62,505 nucleotides of DNA from Methanobacteriota archaeon (lineage in GTDB: Archaea; Thermoplasmatota; Poseidoniia; Poseidoniales; Thalassarchaeaceae): the NCBI GenBank assembly GCA_002713585.1, contig PATD01000038.1:5362-67866 (forward strand), read 5' to 3'. A program made the position numbers and the translations under genes. The stretch's first letter is position 1. Every line of letters begins with the position of its first letter. Under the pieces are notes generated by a model. The model was not told where the DNA came from and did not search any database. It was given only the letters and a program-made list of their open reading frames with translations. Positions 1 through 9,770 of the stretch are shown one piece after another.

Positions 1-1257
1 GGCCGTTACTCCGAAATAACGACGAATGACGAGGGTTGGGAAACTGTGTATACCTTCGATCAGGAGGCGAATGGAACCATCGTCTATCTGGAACGGAATC
101 CAACAGAACAAGATCACGATCTCGTGAGCGATGATGATGATCTCTGCCCTAACACGCCGTTTGGTGAATCAGTAGACAACGATGGATGCGGAGAGAGTCA
201 ACGAGATACGGACAACGATGGTGTCCTCGATGTAAATGACCTATGTCCATTCACCAACTCAATTGAGGCAAGTGAAGTCAATACAGATGGATGTGGAGCA
301 AGTCAACGAGACACTGATAACGACGGGGTAAACGATGCTCTAGATGAATGTCCAGGAACACCTGCGGCTACAGCGGTTGACAACAAAGGATGCGATGCTG
401 CTAACCAAGATTCGGATAGTGATGGCATCAGCGATGTGAATGACCTTTGTCCTGATACCCCATACTGGGCGAAAGATAGTGTGGATTCGGATGGATGCGC
501 TCTGTCTGAGAAAGACAGCGATGGTGACGGTGCCTACGACGACTTCGATAAGTTCCCACAAGACCCTACACAAATCTACGACTCAGACAATGACGGTTAT
601 GGAGACAACGAGAGTGGTAACTCCCCTGATGGATGTCCCTTCGAAGCTGGAACCTCAACTGGGACTCCTGCAGGTTGCCCCGACATCGATGGAGATGGGG
701 TTGCGGACAGTGTAGATGATGACATGGATGGTGATGGAGTAGTAAATGAAGAGGATGCTTTCCCATTAGATGCGTCAGAGACTGTCGACACCGATGGGGA
801 TGCCTTTGGAGACAACATGGACCCAGATGATGATGGCGACGGTCACACAGATGTGAAAGAGACCGATTGTGGAAGCGACCCTCTCGATGCTACCTCGATG
901 CCTCCTGATGCTGATGGAGATGGTACATGTGATGCTCTTGAAACCGCAAATAGTGGTGATGAGACACCATCGGATGGTGGAGAATCCGAAGGAATGAACG
1001 CTATGGTCATCGGTGGAGCTGTAGGGTTGGTTGTCATAGTCATCGCCGGAATTATTGGTGCTATGATGTTCCTCTCTAAGGATGAAGATGCACCTATTGG
1101 AACTGCGGCAGTATCCACTAGTACAACACAGGCCGAAGGACAGCAGGGACAAATGATCCCAACTGGAAAGAACTGTACCCAATGCAATGCACCGGGCGTG
1201 GTTCACATACCAGCCTATGGACGAGACTATTGTTCTACATGCGGTCAGTACAATTGA
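1..1257 (+). CDS. Surface-anchored calcium-binding repeat protein (thrombospondin type-3-like repeats), 5' end cut by the window edge; single TM helix followed by a cytoplasmic zinc ribbon
   Basis: Frame 1 is open from nt 1, with no stop before the ORF-track start at 46. Many tandem D-x-D-x-D-G-x-x-D-x-x-D-x-C-P units. Hydrophobic segment AMVIGGAVGLVVIVIAGIIGAMMFL. C-terminal CTQC...CSTC. Confidence 0.6.
   Translation, partial: GRYSEITTNDEGWETVYTFDQEANGTIVYLERNPTEQDHDLVSDDDDLCPNTPFGESVDNDGCGESQRDTDNDGVLDVNDLCPFTNSIEASEVNTDGCGASQRDTDNDGVNDALDECPGTPAATAVDNKGCDAANQDSDSDGISDVNDLCPDTPYWAKDSVDSDGCALSEKDSDGDGAYDDFDKFPQDPTQIYDSDNDGYGDNESGNSPDGCPFEAGTSTGTPAGCPDIDGDGVADSVDDDMDGDGVVNEEDAFPLDASETVDTDGDAFGDNMDPDDDGDGHTDVKETDCGSDPLDATSMPPDADGDGTCDALETANSGDETPSDGGESEGMNAMVIGGAVGLVVIVIAGIIGAMMFLSKDEDAPIGTAAVSTSTTQAEGQQGQMIPTGKNCTQCNAPGVVHIPAYGRDYCSTCGQYN
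127..945 (+). repeat. Coding tandem repeats (TSP3-like Asp-rich Ca-binding units) inside the first CDS
   Basis: Repeated peptide units such as RDTDNDGVLDVNDLCP, RDTDNDGVNDALDECP, QDSDSDGISDVNDLCP, EKDSDGDGAYDDFDKFP and DIDGDGVADSVDDDMDGDGVVNEED. The repetition is at protein/codon level, not as exact DNA repeats. Confidence 0.5.
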
Positions 1258-1290
1258 TTCCCGTAGTACTGTCTTTTCGAGATTTTAATC

Positions 1291-2940
1291 TCAAACGGGA
1301 CGGCCGAGCGCTGCCTTGACCAAACCAAGGAACGGGGGGCTGGGACGTCCTGGACGTGACTTGAATTCCGGATGATATTGAGTGCCGAAGAAGAATGGGT
1401 GGCCTTCAAGTTCAATGATTTCCATTCGCTCACCTTCAGTATCTCGACCGACGAATCTCAAGCCCCTCTCCTCAAGATCGGCAACCAAATCTGGATTTAC
1501 TTCGTATCGATGACGATGACGCTCATGAATCTCCATTTTCCCCTCATAGAGGCGATAAGCCGCACAATCCTGTGTTTGTAGATTCGTTTGACGGCTACCG
1601 AGGCGCATCGTTCCACCCATATGGGTACGACTTCCCTCGGGCATGAATATGACCGTAGGATGTGGAGTATCTGCATCAAACTCAGTACTGTTTGCACCCT
1701 TTAGACCAAGGCGATTACGAGCGAATTCAATCGTTGCAATCTGCAGACCTAAGCAGACACCAAGATATGGAACGGTATTCTCTCGAGCATGCTTTGCAGC
1801 GAGAATCTTACCCTCAATACCTCGATCTCCAAACCCTCCCGGAACAAGAATACCGTCAGCACTCTTCACCAACGACCATGCTGATTCGTGCTCATCCGTG
1901 CCTTCGTTTGAATTCTCTAGATTACTAGCCTCTACCCAGTCAATCGAGAGGTTGACACCCTCATGTAAGGCAGAATGCTGGAGTGCCTTGATTACACTCA
2001 GATAGGAATCTGAGAGACCGGTATACTTGCCAACCATCGCGATTCGAACCTCTCCACTAAGTTCATCCATCCTCTGAGCCATTTCTCCCCAATCCCTCAA
2101 CAAAGGTCGTTCAACGGGGATATCAAGACCGAAATGGGCCGCCATCTGTACAATGGCACCCTGCTCCTCAAGCATCAATGGAACACGGTAGATATTTGAC
2201 ACATCATGAGCACTGAATACAGCCTGTTCGGACACATGGCAGAACAAGGAAAGTTTTCGCTTCACTTCGGGGAGAAGAGGCTCGGAGGATCGGCAGACGA
2301 GGAAGTCAGGCTGAATTCCAGAGGCCATCAACCCCTTCACTGAATGTTGAGTTGGCTTTGTCTTCTGCTCACCGACAACCCCGATTACAGGAACAAGGCT
2401 CACGTGGAGGAAACATATGTTGTTCTTGCCGACACGGAACTGAAATTGACGCAATGCTTCGACAAATGGAGCAGACTCGATGTCACCTACAGTTCCACCA
2501 AGCTCAATCACACAAATCTCTGGAATCTCATCGGTTCCATCCGCAGGCGTGTGAGCGACTCTCTCAATCCAATCTTGAATCTCATCGGTGATATGTGGGA
2601 CAACCTGCACAGTCTTACCGAGATAATCGCCCTTTCTCTCCTTCCCAATAACCTCTGAGTATATCTTCCCAGTAGTGAGGTTGTTGTCACGAGAAAGTGT
2701 CACATCGAGGAAGCGCTCGTAATTTCCCAAATCGAGATCGGCCTCTCCACCATCATCGAGAACAAACACTTCGCCGTGCTCAAAGGGACTCATTGTGCCT
2801 GCATCGGAGTTCAGATAGGGATCAATCTTGATAGCAGTCACTCGCAAACCGAGGGACTTCATCAGCACTCCAATGCTACTGGCAGTCACACCTTTGCCAA
2901 TTCCACTGAGTACACCACCCGAGACCACGACATACTTCAT
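1291..2940 (-). CDS. pyrG: CTP synthase
   Basis: [24 protein letters not shown]...[38 protein letters not shown] synthetase domain, plus a C-terminal glutamine amidotransferase domain ([15 protein letters not shown]). Start trimmed to the MKYVVV Met; the ORF extends to 3027. Confidence 0.9.
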   Translation of the reverse strand: MKYVVVSGGVLSGIGKGVTASSIGVLMKSLGLRVTAIKIDPYLNSDAGTMSPFEHGEVFVLDDGGEADLDLGNYERFLDVTLSRDNNLTTGKIYSEVIGKERKGDYLGKTVQVVPHITDEIQDWIERVAHTPADGTDEIPEICVIELGGTVGDIESAPFVEALRQFQFRVGKNNICFLHVSLVPVIGVVGEQKTKPTQHSVKGLMASGIQPDFLVCRSSEPLLPEVKRKLSLFCHVSEQAVFSAHDVSNIYRVPLMLEEQGAIVQMAAHFGLDIPVERPLLRDWGEMAQRMDELSGEVRIAMVGKYTGLSDSYLSVIKALQHSALHEGVNLSIDWVEASNLENSNEGTDEHESAWSLVKSADGILVPGGFGDRGIEGKILAAKHARENTVPYLGVCLGLQIATIEFARNRLGLKGANSTEFDADTPHPTVIFMPEGSRTHMGGTMRLGSRQTNLQTQDCAAYRLYEGKMEIHERHRHRYEVNPDLVADLEERGLRFVGRDTEGERMEIIELEGHPFFFGTQYHPEFKSRPGRPSPPFLGLVKAALGRPV

Positions 2941-3058
2941 GCAATCAACGGGATTTGGAGCCGTCCACGTTGGCCTATCAAGGTTGTCTGGAAAGTGAGC
3001 GGATTCCGTTTCATACTCCATCGTCAATCATCAAGTAGCGGACTCGCCGTCTACACAC

Positions 3059-3970
3059 ATGGGCACGGTTCCAACCCGGATTCTAGTGACCGGAGCCCTC
3101 GGCCAGATTGGGACAGAGTTAGTTGAATCACTGCGAGATAAATACGGAGAGGAATCAGTCGTATCCACAGATGTCCGTGAATCTGAAAACTGTATGCAAC
3201 TCGATGTGATGGATGCTAAGAGAATAGAGGATTTAGTCCAAAGCAAGGGAATTACTGACATCTACCACCTCGCTGCTCTGTTATCTGCAACTGGAGAAAA
3301 GAACCCCGATCTTTGTTGGCGTATCAATGTAGATGGGCTCGTAAACGTAATCTCAGCAGCTAAAAAATACGGTTGTCGACTATTCTCACCATCCTCCATT
3401 GCAGTGTTTGGACCTGACTGTCCAAAACACGCCCCCCAGGTAACTGGACTAAGTCCGGCAACAGTGTATGGAAAAACGAAGGTCGTTGGCGAACATCTAG
3501 CAATGACATCTGGTATTGACATGCGTGGACTTCGGTATCCAGGCCTCATCTCGTGGAAGGCACCAGCAGGGGGAGGGACCACCGACTATGCCGTTGAAAT
3601 ATTCCATGCTGCACTCTCTGACGGACATTACGACTGCTTCGTCCGCGAGAATACTCGGCTTCCGATGATGTACATGGATGACGCAATCCGTGCAACATTG
3701 GAACTTATGGAGGCACCCTTCGATTCGCTAGGTACCGCTCGTGGTGGATACAACATCACAGGGTGCTCATTCACTGCTGGTGAGTTAGTCGATAGCATCC
3801 GCCGACACATACCTGATTTTACTTGCTCATTCAAGCCAGATGTGAGGCAAAATTACGCAGATTCATGGCCGGACTCAATCGAAGATGATGTGGCCCGAAA
3901 TGAATGGGGATGGATGCCTAAATTCGACTTAGACAAGATTGTTGATGAAATGGTCGAGAATTTGCAATAA
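3059..3970 (+). CDS. tdh: SDR/epimerase-fold L-threonine 3-dehydrogenase-like NAD-dependent enzyme
   Basis: ILVTGALGQIGTELV Rossmann motif. YGKTK catalytic Y-x3-K. LRYPGLISW...GGTTDYAVEIF and LPMMYMDDA blocks typical of the short-chain TDH family. Confidence 0.75.
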   Translation: MGTVPTRILVTGALGQIGTELVESLRDKYGEESVVSTDVRESENCMQLDVMDAKRIEDLVQSKGITDIYHLAALLSATGEKNPDLCWRINVDGLVNVISAAKKYGCRLFSPSSIAVFGPDCPKHAPQVTGLSPATVYGKTKVVGEHLAMTSGIDMRGLRYPGLISWKAPAGGGTTDYAVEIFHAALSDGHYDCFVRENTRLPMMYMDDAIRATLELMEAPFDSLGTARGGYNITGCSFTAGELVDSIRRHIPDFTCSFKPDVRQNYADSWPDSIEDDVARNEWGWMPKFDLDKIVDEMVENLQ

Positions 3971-3981
3971 AAGAAATGAAG

Positions 3982-5589
3982 TCAATCTTCATCCGGACCA
4001 AGTTCAGATTGCCAGTCCGGCATCTGAGCATCCTGCTTTGCCCAAAGGATATCTCCTATTCGAAGAACTGAAATCGCTGATTCAGTCGCTCCTGTGATAG
4101 CTTGACGGGCTATTCGAACAGGTTCTAGAACCCCGCGTTCGTTCATTGGATGGATGGAACGATCAGTTACATCGATACCAAGCCAATCATTGGACGAAGA
4201 GGTCTGCGCAGCAGTGAGTCCGATTATCTGATCAAGACCATCGAGACCTGAATTCTCTGCAAGTGCCCGAGGTATTGATTCAAGAGCTGCTGCGTAAGCT
4301 TCCACAGCAAGTTGCTCACGTCCTGGAATCGTTGTCGCATGAGCACGAAGACGGCGGGCAAGAGCGATTTGAATCGCTCCTCCTCCGGGAAGCATCTTGG
4401 GTTCGTCTTGCAAACCACAAGCAACTCCGATGGCATCATCAAACGCACGGGACACTTCGTCAATTACTGCATCTGTTGAACCTCGTAAGACAACGGTCTG
4501 ACCAGAACCCACTGACCCATGAATACGAACGTGATCTATGCTCTCCCATCGCTCTTCATTCACTGAATTAAACTCGCCAACACTCTCAGAACGAATGCCT
4601 TGAACATCCCGAACAATCCGGGCACCACATGCTCTTGCAATAAGTTCGAGATCGGTGCGTTCCACTCTGCGATAAGTGACAATGCCTGCATTACGAAGCA
4701 TTGGAATCGCATCCTCGTGGATTCCATCCCTTACAATAAGCAAATCAATACCCGCTTCCGCAATGGCATCCACTCGCTCTTTCATCTCAAGCTTCTGCCG
4801 CTGGAGGAAGCGGGCCATCATTCCTGGCTCCGTGATTCTGATTGAGGCATTGACACTGAGTTCCTTCGGATCCAGTCCACCATCAAGCAAGAGTACTTTG
4901 CCACCGTCTAATCGATTAGGAGTCTGTGAATCAAGACGGGTCTTACGAAGAACGATGCCATCAACACGCTCAGAATCTGCAATCCGTCCGCCTCGGATGA
5001 TTATTCGCTTGATTAAATCGGGATCAACATGCTTAGATGAGCCCCGATTCGCTGCAATAGAGGCCGTCTCAACTGCGAGATTTGAAAGAATTCTGCGAAC
5101 ATCCTCACTCACTTTGCCCGCAAGGCTAGTCGAAACAATTCGAATATGATCCGCCTCCTCCATAGGCTTCGAGATATCCTCTATAGCGATTAAGCTGTGA
5201 TCCATTGCAATCCGATAACCTGCAACCATGACTGATGGGTGGATTCCTCGATCAATCCAATCTAATGCATTGAGTAAGAGTTCTGCAGTGAGCACAATTG
5301 CACTACTTGTCCCATCTCGAGCTTCATCATCCTGAACACTAGATGTTGATATCAACATTCGAGCCGTAGGATGCTCTACTTTAGCCGCTTCTAGAACAGT
5401 GACTCCGTCATTGGTCACCTGAACATCACCATCATCGGATAAGAGCATCTTATCCAAACCAAGAGGTCCAATGGTTGATCGGACTGCATCCGCTAACGCC
5501 AACGCAGCACGGACATTGTTGCGAAGAGCAGTGTGCCCCTGTTCTCTCTCCGTATCCTGAAGGATGCGTTCATGCTCTCTCCGCGCCAT
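3982..5589 (-). CDS. ths: Thermosome subunit (group II chaperonin)
   Basis: ALADAVRSTIGPLGLDKML, VTNDGVTVL, DGTSSAIVLTAELL and PGGGAIQIALA motifs. Start trimmed to MARREHERI; the ORF extends to 5652. Confidence 0.9.
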   Translation of the reverse strand: MARREHERILQDTEREQGHTALRNNVRAALALADAVRSTIGPLGLDKMLLSDDGDVQVTNDGVTVLEAAKVEHPTARMLISTSSVQDDEARDGTSSAIVLTAELLLNALDWIDRGIHPSVMVAGYRIAMDHSLIAIEDISKPMEEADHIRIVSTSLAGKVSEDVRRILSNLAVETASIAANRGSSKHVDPDLIKRIIIRGGRIADSERVDGIVLRKTRLDSQTPNRLDGGKVLLLDGGLDPKELSVNASIRITEPGMMARFLQRQKLEMKERVDAIAEAGIDLLIVRDGIHEDAIPMLRNAGIVTYRRVERTDLELIARACGARIVRDVQGIRSESVGEFNSVNEERWESIDHVRIHGSVGSGQTVVLRGSTDAVIDEVSRAFDDAIGVACGLQDEPKMLPGGGAIQIALARRLRAHATTIPGREQLAVEAYAAALESIPRALAENSGLDGLDQIIGLTAAQTSSSNDWLGIDVTDRSIHPMNERGVLEPVRIARQAITGATESAISVLRIGDILWAKQDAQMPDWQSELGPDED

Positions 5590-5660
5590 AGGAACATCAC
5601 ACCGACCGGGGATTTGCACTTGAACCCAATGCGGGAGATTCGGGGCTTTCACGAATGGTT

Positions 5661-5669
5661 CATATAGAG
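5661..5669. promoter_or_regulatory. TATA-like element (catatagag) in the divergent thermosome / Hsp20-like-dnaK intergenic region
   Basis: AT-rich quasi-palindromic box about 50 nt upstream of ATG 5719 and about 70 nt upstream of the thermosome ATG 5589. Position is compatible with archaeal TATA use in either direction. No experimental support. Confidence 0.25.
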
Positions 5670-5718
5670 TCGGCCGAATTGGACATTACAACTCGAGGTT
5701 GTATAGTGAGGTTTGGAG

Positions 5719-6333
5719 ATGACTGAGGACTGGGAAGAGAATCTAATCCAGCAGCTCCTAGACATGTTCAAGCAATTGGGCCTCGATATGAACAAGGAAC
5801 AATTGACCGGTTTAATCGATCAAGTCCGTGGCCAGTTCGAAGGTATGGGCATCGATATGGAACGTCTACAATCTGGTGAAGCAACCGTGGACGCGCAAGC
5901 CAATATGGAAGCACTAGCCAAGGCACTCAGTACCCTCATGAGCGAAGGTGATGGAATCGGTAATCTGTTTGAGACGATGGGTTTCAAAGTTGATGTTCAG
6001 ACCTCAACACCCGTGACCATCGACCCGAGTACTCCAGAATCCAACGACTCGATTGATATCGACGTACCCGATGCAGACATACTAATCCATCAAGGCCGAA
6101 TGACCCTTACCATCGATCTCGCAAACTCCCTTGAAGAGGGAATTGGTATCGATCTCGCTCTGACCGACAGCGGTCGGACGCTACAAATTATCAAGACAAA
6201 TCAATTGAGGCCTTTTCGACGAATTAGCCTCGATCCCGCCGCAGAGAAAATCATAGTGTGGGATCTCAATAATGGAATTCTCGATGTCGAATTGGAAATC
6301 GAAAATGGTGATGGAACTATCCACATTGGATGA
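5719..6333 (+). CDS. Acidic protein with a divergent Hsp20/alpha-crystallin-like C-terminal domain; hypothetical co-chaperone
   Basis: The C-terminus [32 protein letters not shown]...[31 protein letters not shown] follows the ACD pattern (F-x-R-x-x-x-L-P ... NG-I/V-L-x-I/V). GAGGT precedes the ATG at 5719. The stop lies 14 nt before the dnaK ATG. Confidence 0.4.
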   Translation: MTEDWEENLIQQLLDMFKQLGLDMNKEQLTGLIDQVRGQFEGMGIDMERLQSGEATVDAQANMEALAKALSTLMSEGDGIGNLFETMGFKVDVQTSTPVTIDPSTPESNDSIDIDVPDADILIHQGRMTLTIDLANSLEEGIGIDLALTDSGRTLQIIKTNQLRPFRRISLDPAAEKIIVWDLNNGILDVELEIENGDGTIHIG

Positions 6334-6335
6334 AT

Positions 6336-6340
6336 GGAGG
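6336..6340 (+). promoter_or_regulatory. Shine-Dalgarno-like GGAGG 7 nt upstream of the dnaK ATG
   Basis: tgaatGGAGGaataaacATG. It lies just after the stop of the upstream ORF (TGA 6331..6333). Confidence 0.5.
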
Positions 6341-6347
6341 AATAAAC

Positions 6348-8219
6348 ATGAGTGGACCTGTAATTGGAATCGACCTGGGAACGACAAATAGTTGCGTAGC
6401 AACACTCGAAGGAGGTGATCCTGTCGTCATCGCGAACGCAGAGGGAGCAAGGACAACTCCTAGTGTAGTCGCATTTAGCAAAGATGGGGAGCGTCTCGTT
6501 GGCGTTACCGCAAAGAGACAAGCAGTCACTAACTCAGAGCGTACAATCCTTTCAGTAAAGCGCGAGATGGGTACTAATTGGTCAAAGAACGTTGATTCTG
6601 ATGATTACACTCCACAGGAAGTATCCGCTTTCATCCTACAGAAGTTGAAAGCCGATGCAGAAGCTTACCTTGGCCGCGAAGTCAAGCAGGCTGTCATCAC
6701 CTGTCCGGCCTACTTCAGTGATGCACAGAGAAAGGCCACCCAAGATGCAGGCCGTATCGCTGGACTTGATGTTCTGAGAATCATCAACGAACCAACGGCT
6801 GCTGCACTCGCCTACGGTGTAGACAAGGATGATGATCAAACAATTCTCGTCTACGACCTCGGTGGTGGAACCTTTGACGTCTCAGTCCTTGAGATCTACC
6901 AGGTAGATGACCAACCTCAGATTGAAGTGAAGGCTACTTCGGGAGACAATCGCCTTGGCGGAGATGACTTTGACGAAGCGATTGTGGACCACCTAGTATC
7001 TGAATTCAAGAAGGGGACTGGAATTGATCTCGCCAAGGATTTGCAGGCAATAAGTCGGGTTCGTGAAGCCGCTGAGAAAGCGAAAATCGAACTTTCTCAG
7101 ACACAGCAGGCTAACGTAAACCTCCCCTTCATCACAATGAAGGATGGACAGCCTGAACACCTTGATCTCTCCATCACACGTGCGAAATTCGAGGACTTGG
7201 TTTCTGATCTCATCAAGCGAACTATGACGCCAACCCGTCAGGCAATGAAAGATGCTGGCTTGAGCAAGGGAGAGGTGGATAAGGTCATCCTTGTCGGCGG
7301 GTCAACCCGTATACCAGCGGTCCAGAGCGCAATCGAATCTGAAGTTGGTAAGGAGCCTTTCAAGGGAATCAATCCTGACGAGGCCGTCGCAATGGGTGCC
7401 GCACTACAGGCAGGAATTATCGTAGGGGATGAAGGTGTAACCGATGTTCTGCTTCTCGATGTCACCCCTCTTACCCTTGGGATAGAGACCCTTGGAGGTG
7501 TAACTACAACGATGATTGAGAGGAACACAACCATCCCCACAAAGCGATCCGAAGTATTCAGCACCGCGGCAGATAACCAACCAGCTGTAGAAATTCATGT
7601 CCTACAAGGTGAGCGTGAGTTCGCCAAGGATAACATCACACTAGGGATGTTTCATCTCACTGGAATCCCTCCTGCACGCAGAGGAGTTCCTCAGGTTGAG
7701 GTCACCTTCGACATAGATGCAAACGGTATCGTGAATGTCAGTGCGAAGGATCTAGGCACCGGTATGGAACAGTCGATTAAAATTGAAAGTCAAACGAGTC
7801 TCTCCGAGGATGAGATTAAGCAAAAGATTTCGGAGGCAGAGGAATTTGCCGAGGATGATAAGCGACGCAAGGCACGCGTTGAAGTTCGAAACCAGGCAGA
7901 TAGCATCGTATATCAGACACGTCGAACCATTGAGGAGGCAGAAGACAAACTCGATGAGAGTGACTCTGCTCCAATTCTAGCCAAGGTAGACGAACTTGAG
8001 GCCCTCATTCGTACAGATGATGGCCCCATTGCCGACGATGATCTAGACGAAGCTGGAATTCAAGCCAAAGTCAAGGAACTTGAAGAAGCAATGCACGGCA
8101 TCTCTGCGAAACTCTACGAGGCAGCAGCAGCAGCAATGGAAACCGAGAATGCCAGCGATTCGCCCGCTGAAGATGGTGTCGTAGATGCAAACTTCGAAGT
8201 CGTCGACGATGAAGATTGA
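6348..8219 (+). CDS. dnaK: Hsp70 chaperone DnaK
   Basis: [38 protein letters not shown] and an acidic C-terminal tail. Start trimmed to [11 protein letters not shown]; the ORF starts at 6330. Confidence 0.95.
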   Translation: MSGPVIGIDLGTTNSCVATLEGGDPVVIANAEGARTTPSVVAFSKDGERLVGVTAKRQAVTNSERTILSVKREMGTNWSKNVDSDDYTPQEVSAFILQKLKADAEAYLGREVKQAVITCPAYFSDAQRKATQDAGRIAGLDVLRIINEPTAAALAYGVDKDDDQTILVYDLGGGTFDVSVLEIYQVDDQPQIEVKATSGDNRLGGDDFDEAIVDHLVSEFKKGTGIDLAKDLQAISRVREAAEKAKIELSQTQQANVNLPFITMKDGQPEHLDLSITRAKFEDLVSDLIKRTMTPTRQAMKDAGLSKGEVDKVILVGGSTRIPAVQSAIESEVGKEPFKGINPDEAVAMGAALQAGIIVGDEGVTDVLLLDVTPLTLGIETLGGVTTTMIERNTTIPTKRSEVFSTAADNQPAVEIHVLQGEREFAKDNITLGMFHLTGIPPARRGVPQVEVTFDIDANGIVNVSAKDLGTGMEQSIKIESQTSLSEDEIKQKISEAEEFAEDDKRRKARVEVRNQADSIVYQTRRTIEEAEDKLDESDSAPILAKVDELEALIRTDDGPIADDDLDEAGIQAKVKELEEAMHGISAKLYEAAAAAMETENASDSPAEDGVVDANFEVVDDED

Positions 8220-8228
8220 TTTCTAAGA

Positions 8229-9746
8229 TTAATTCGATGATGATGCCTGAGTAATCAGGCGGTGTAAAGTTCGGACATGAATGCCCGTCGCACCATGACT
8301 AACCATCGCATTAGTATCTGCACCCCATGCTGTGCCCGCAATATCGAGATGTGCCCAAGGAATCTGGTCATTGTCTTCATCAAAATCTCGAGGAGGGACG
8401 AACTGCTTGAGAAAAGCAGCTGCTGTACAGGACCCGCCCCATCGGCTCTTGCCAAGATTACGAACATCAGCGATTTTTGAACCTGTCATCTCTTTCTCAA
8501 AGGCAGGTAGTAGAGGCATCTTCCAAGCGATTTCGTCTTCTTCGTTACCGGCCTTATGGATGCGTTCCTGTAAATCATCATTATTGGACCAAAGGCCAGT
8601 CGCCTCGTGACCGAGAGCGACTACAACAGCCCCGGTTAATGTTGCAAGATCAACAACATACGCTGGATTGAGTTCTCCGGACTTCCAAAGTCCATCTGCG
8701 AGAACATTTCGCCCCTCTGCATCCGTGTTGAGGACCTCAATCGTCTTACCCGAATAGGTTGGGATGACATCTCCTGGACGATAGGCTTCGGCGCTGGGCA
8801 TGTTCTCGGCTAAGCAAGCGATACCATGGACTCGGCCCTTGTGACCAGAGGCCTGGAGAGCATACATCAGACCAAAGACTGTGGCAGCCCCGTGCATGTC
8901 ATACTTCATCTCGTCCATTGATGCACCCGGCTTGAGCGAAATACCGCCAGTGTCGAAGGTGATTCCCTTACCAACAATACAGGGCACCTGGGCCTTTGGA
9001 TCCACATTAGGATTTACAGTGAAGATTACCATGCAAGGCTTTCTTGAACTGCCCTTACCGACATTGATCAATCCACCCATATCTTCTTTCTGAAGGCGTT
9101 CCCAATCGTAAACCTCGACTTTTACGTTCTTCTTACCATTGGCCCAATTCTGAGCACGTTCGGCGTATGCCATAGGATAGAGATGGTTAGGTGGTTCGTT
9201 TCCGAGATCGCGCGCAAGATGAACTCCATCGACGCGAGCGGCGACGATCTTCATATCCGCCTTTAGATCAGTCAGATAACGTTCTGAAGCCTGAATTGTC
9301 AAGTTCCAGTTACCTTTCTCTTCCGCCTCCTCACGATCCTTCTTACGATACTTGAGGAAAGCATAGTCACGAAGCATCATGCCCTCAACAAACCACTTCA
9401 TACCCTCTAGGTTCCATCCAGTGGTAAAACGAACCGTAAGATCCGTTCCGTCCTTCTTTGACAATCCAGCTATGGCTTTCGCACCAGCGTCACGAGCGGT
9501 TTTGTGAGTTAACTCATCTACCTCTCCCATCCCGATAAGAACCACGCGACAATTATCAGACCATATCGACAATGTTGACCCGATTTTACCATTGAATCGC
9601 TGTCCTGAGAGGGCACTCTTCACGTTCGATATCGTTGAACGAGGGAGGCCATTCAATGAATTATGAGGGGCTTTTGACTTCGACTGCCAAAGTGGCAGCA
9701 GCATTACATCTCCAGTAGCTTCACGATCCGTGACCTTCCAATCCAT
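8229..9746 (-). CDS. pepA: Leucyl aminopeptidase (M17 family)
   Basis: VGKGITFDTGGISLKP, MKYDMHGAA and the NTDAEGR signature. Confidence 0.9.
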   Translation of the reverse strand: MDWKVTDREATGDVMLLPLWQSKSKAPHNSLNGLPRSTISNVKSALSGQRFNGKIGSTLSIWSDNCRVVLIGMGEVDELTHKTARDAGAKAIAGLSKKDGTDLTVRFTTGWNLEGMKWFVEGMMLRDYAFLKYRKKDREEAEEKGNWNLTIQASERYLTDLKADMKIVAARVDGVHLARDLGNEPPNHLYPMAYAERAQNWANGKKNVKVEVYDWERLQKEDMGGLINVGKGSSRKPCMVIFTVNPNVDPKAQVPCIVGKGITFDTGGISLKPGASMDEMKYDMHGAATVFGLMYALQASGHKGRVHGIACLAENMPSAEAYRPGDVIPTYSGKTIEVLNTDAEGRNVLADGLWKSGELNPAYVVDLATLTGAVVVALGHEATGLWSNNDDLQERIHKAGNEEDEIAWKMPLLPAFEKEMTGSKIADVRNLGKSRWGGSCTAAAFLKQFVPPRDFDEDNDQIPWAHLDIAGTAWGADTNAMVSHGATGIHVRTLHRLITQASSSN

Positions 9747-9770
9747 GATATCGGGGGTCTCTGAATCGGC

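Noticed and set aside
127-945. Periodic repeated DNA at the start of the window, checked as a possible CRISPR array or satellite.
   Set aside because: The periodicity is at codon level, from Asp-rich TSP3-like protein repeats within one open frame. There are no identical direct repeats with unique spacers. No CRISPR-like array was found anywhere in the window.
4676-5149. A 157-aa ORF antisense to the thermosome gene. Similar long antisense ORFs occur at 15604..16203, 27101..27580, 35125..35616, 48089..48556, 44637..45047 and 49588..50211.
   Set aside because: Each lies entirely inside a gene with strong family motifs on the other strand or frame. Their translations are low-complexity (Ser/Arg/Pro-rich) with no recognisable domains. 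They are shadow ORFs.
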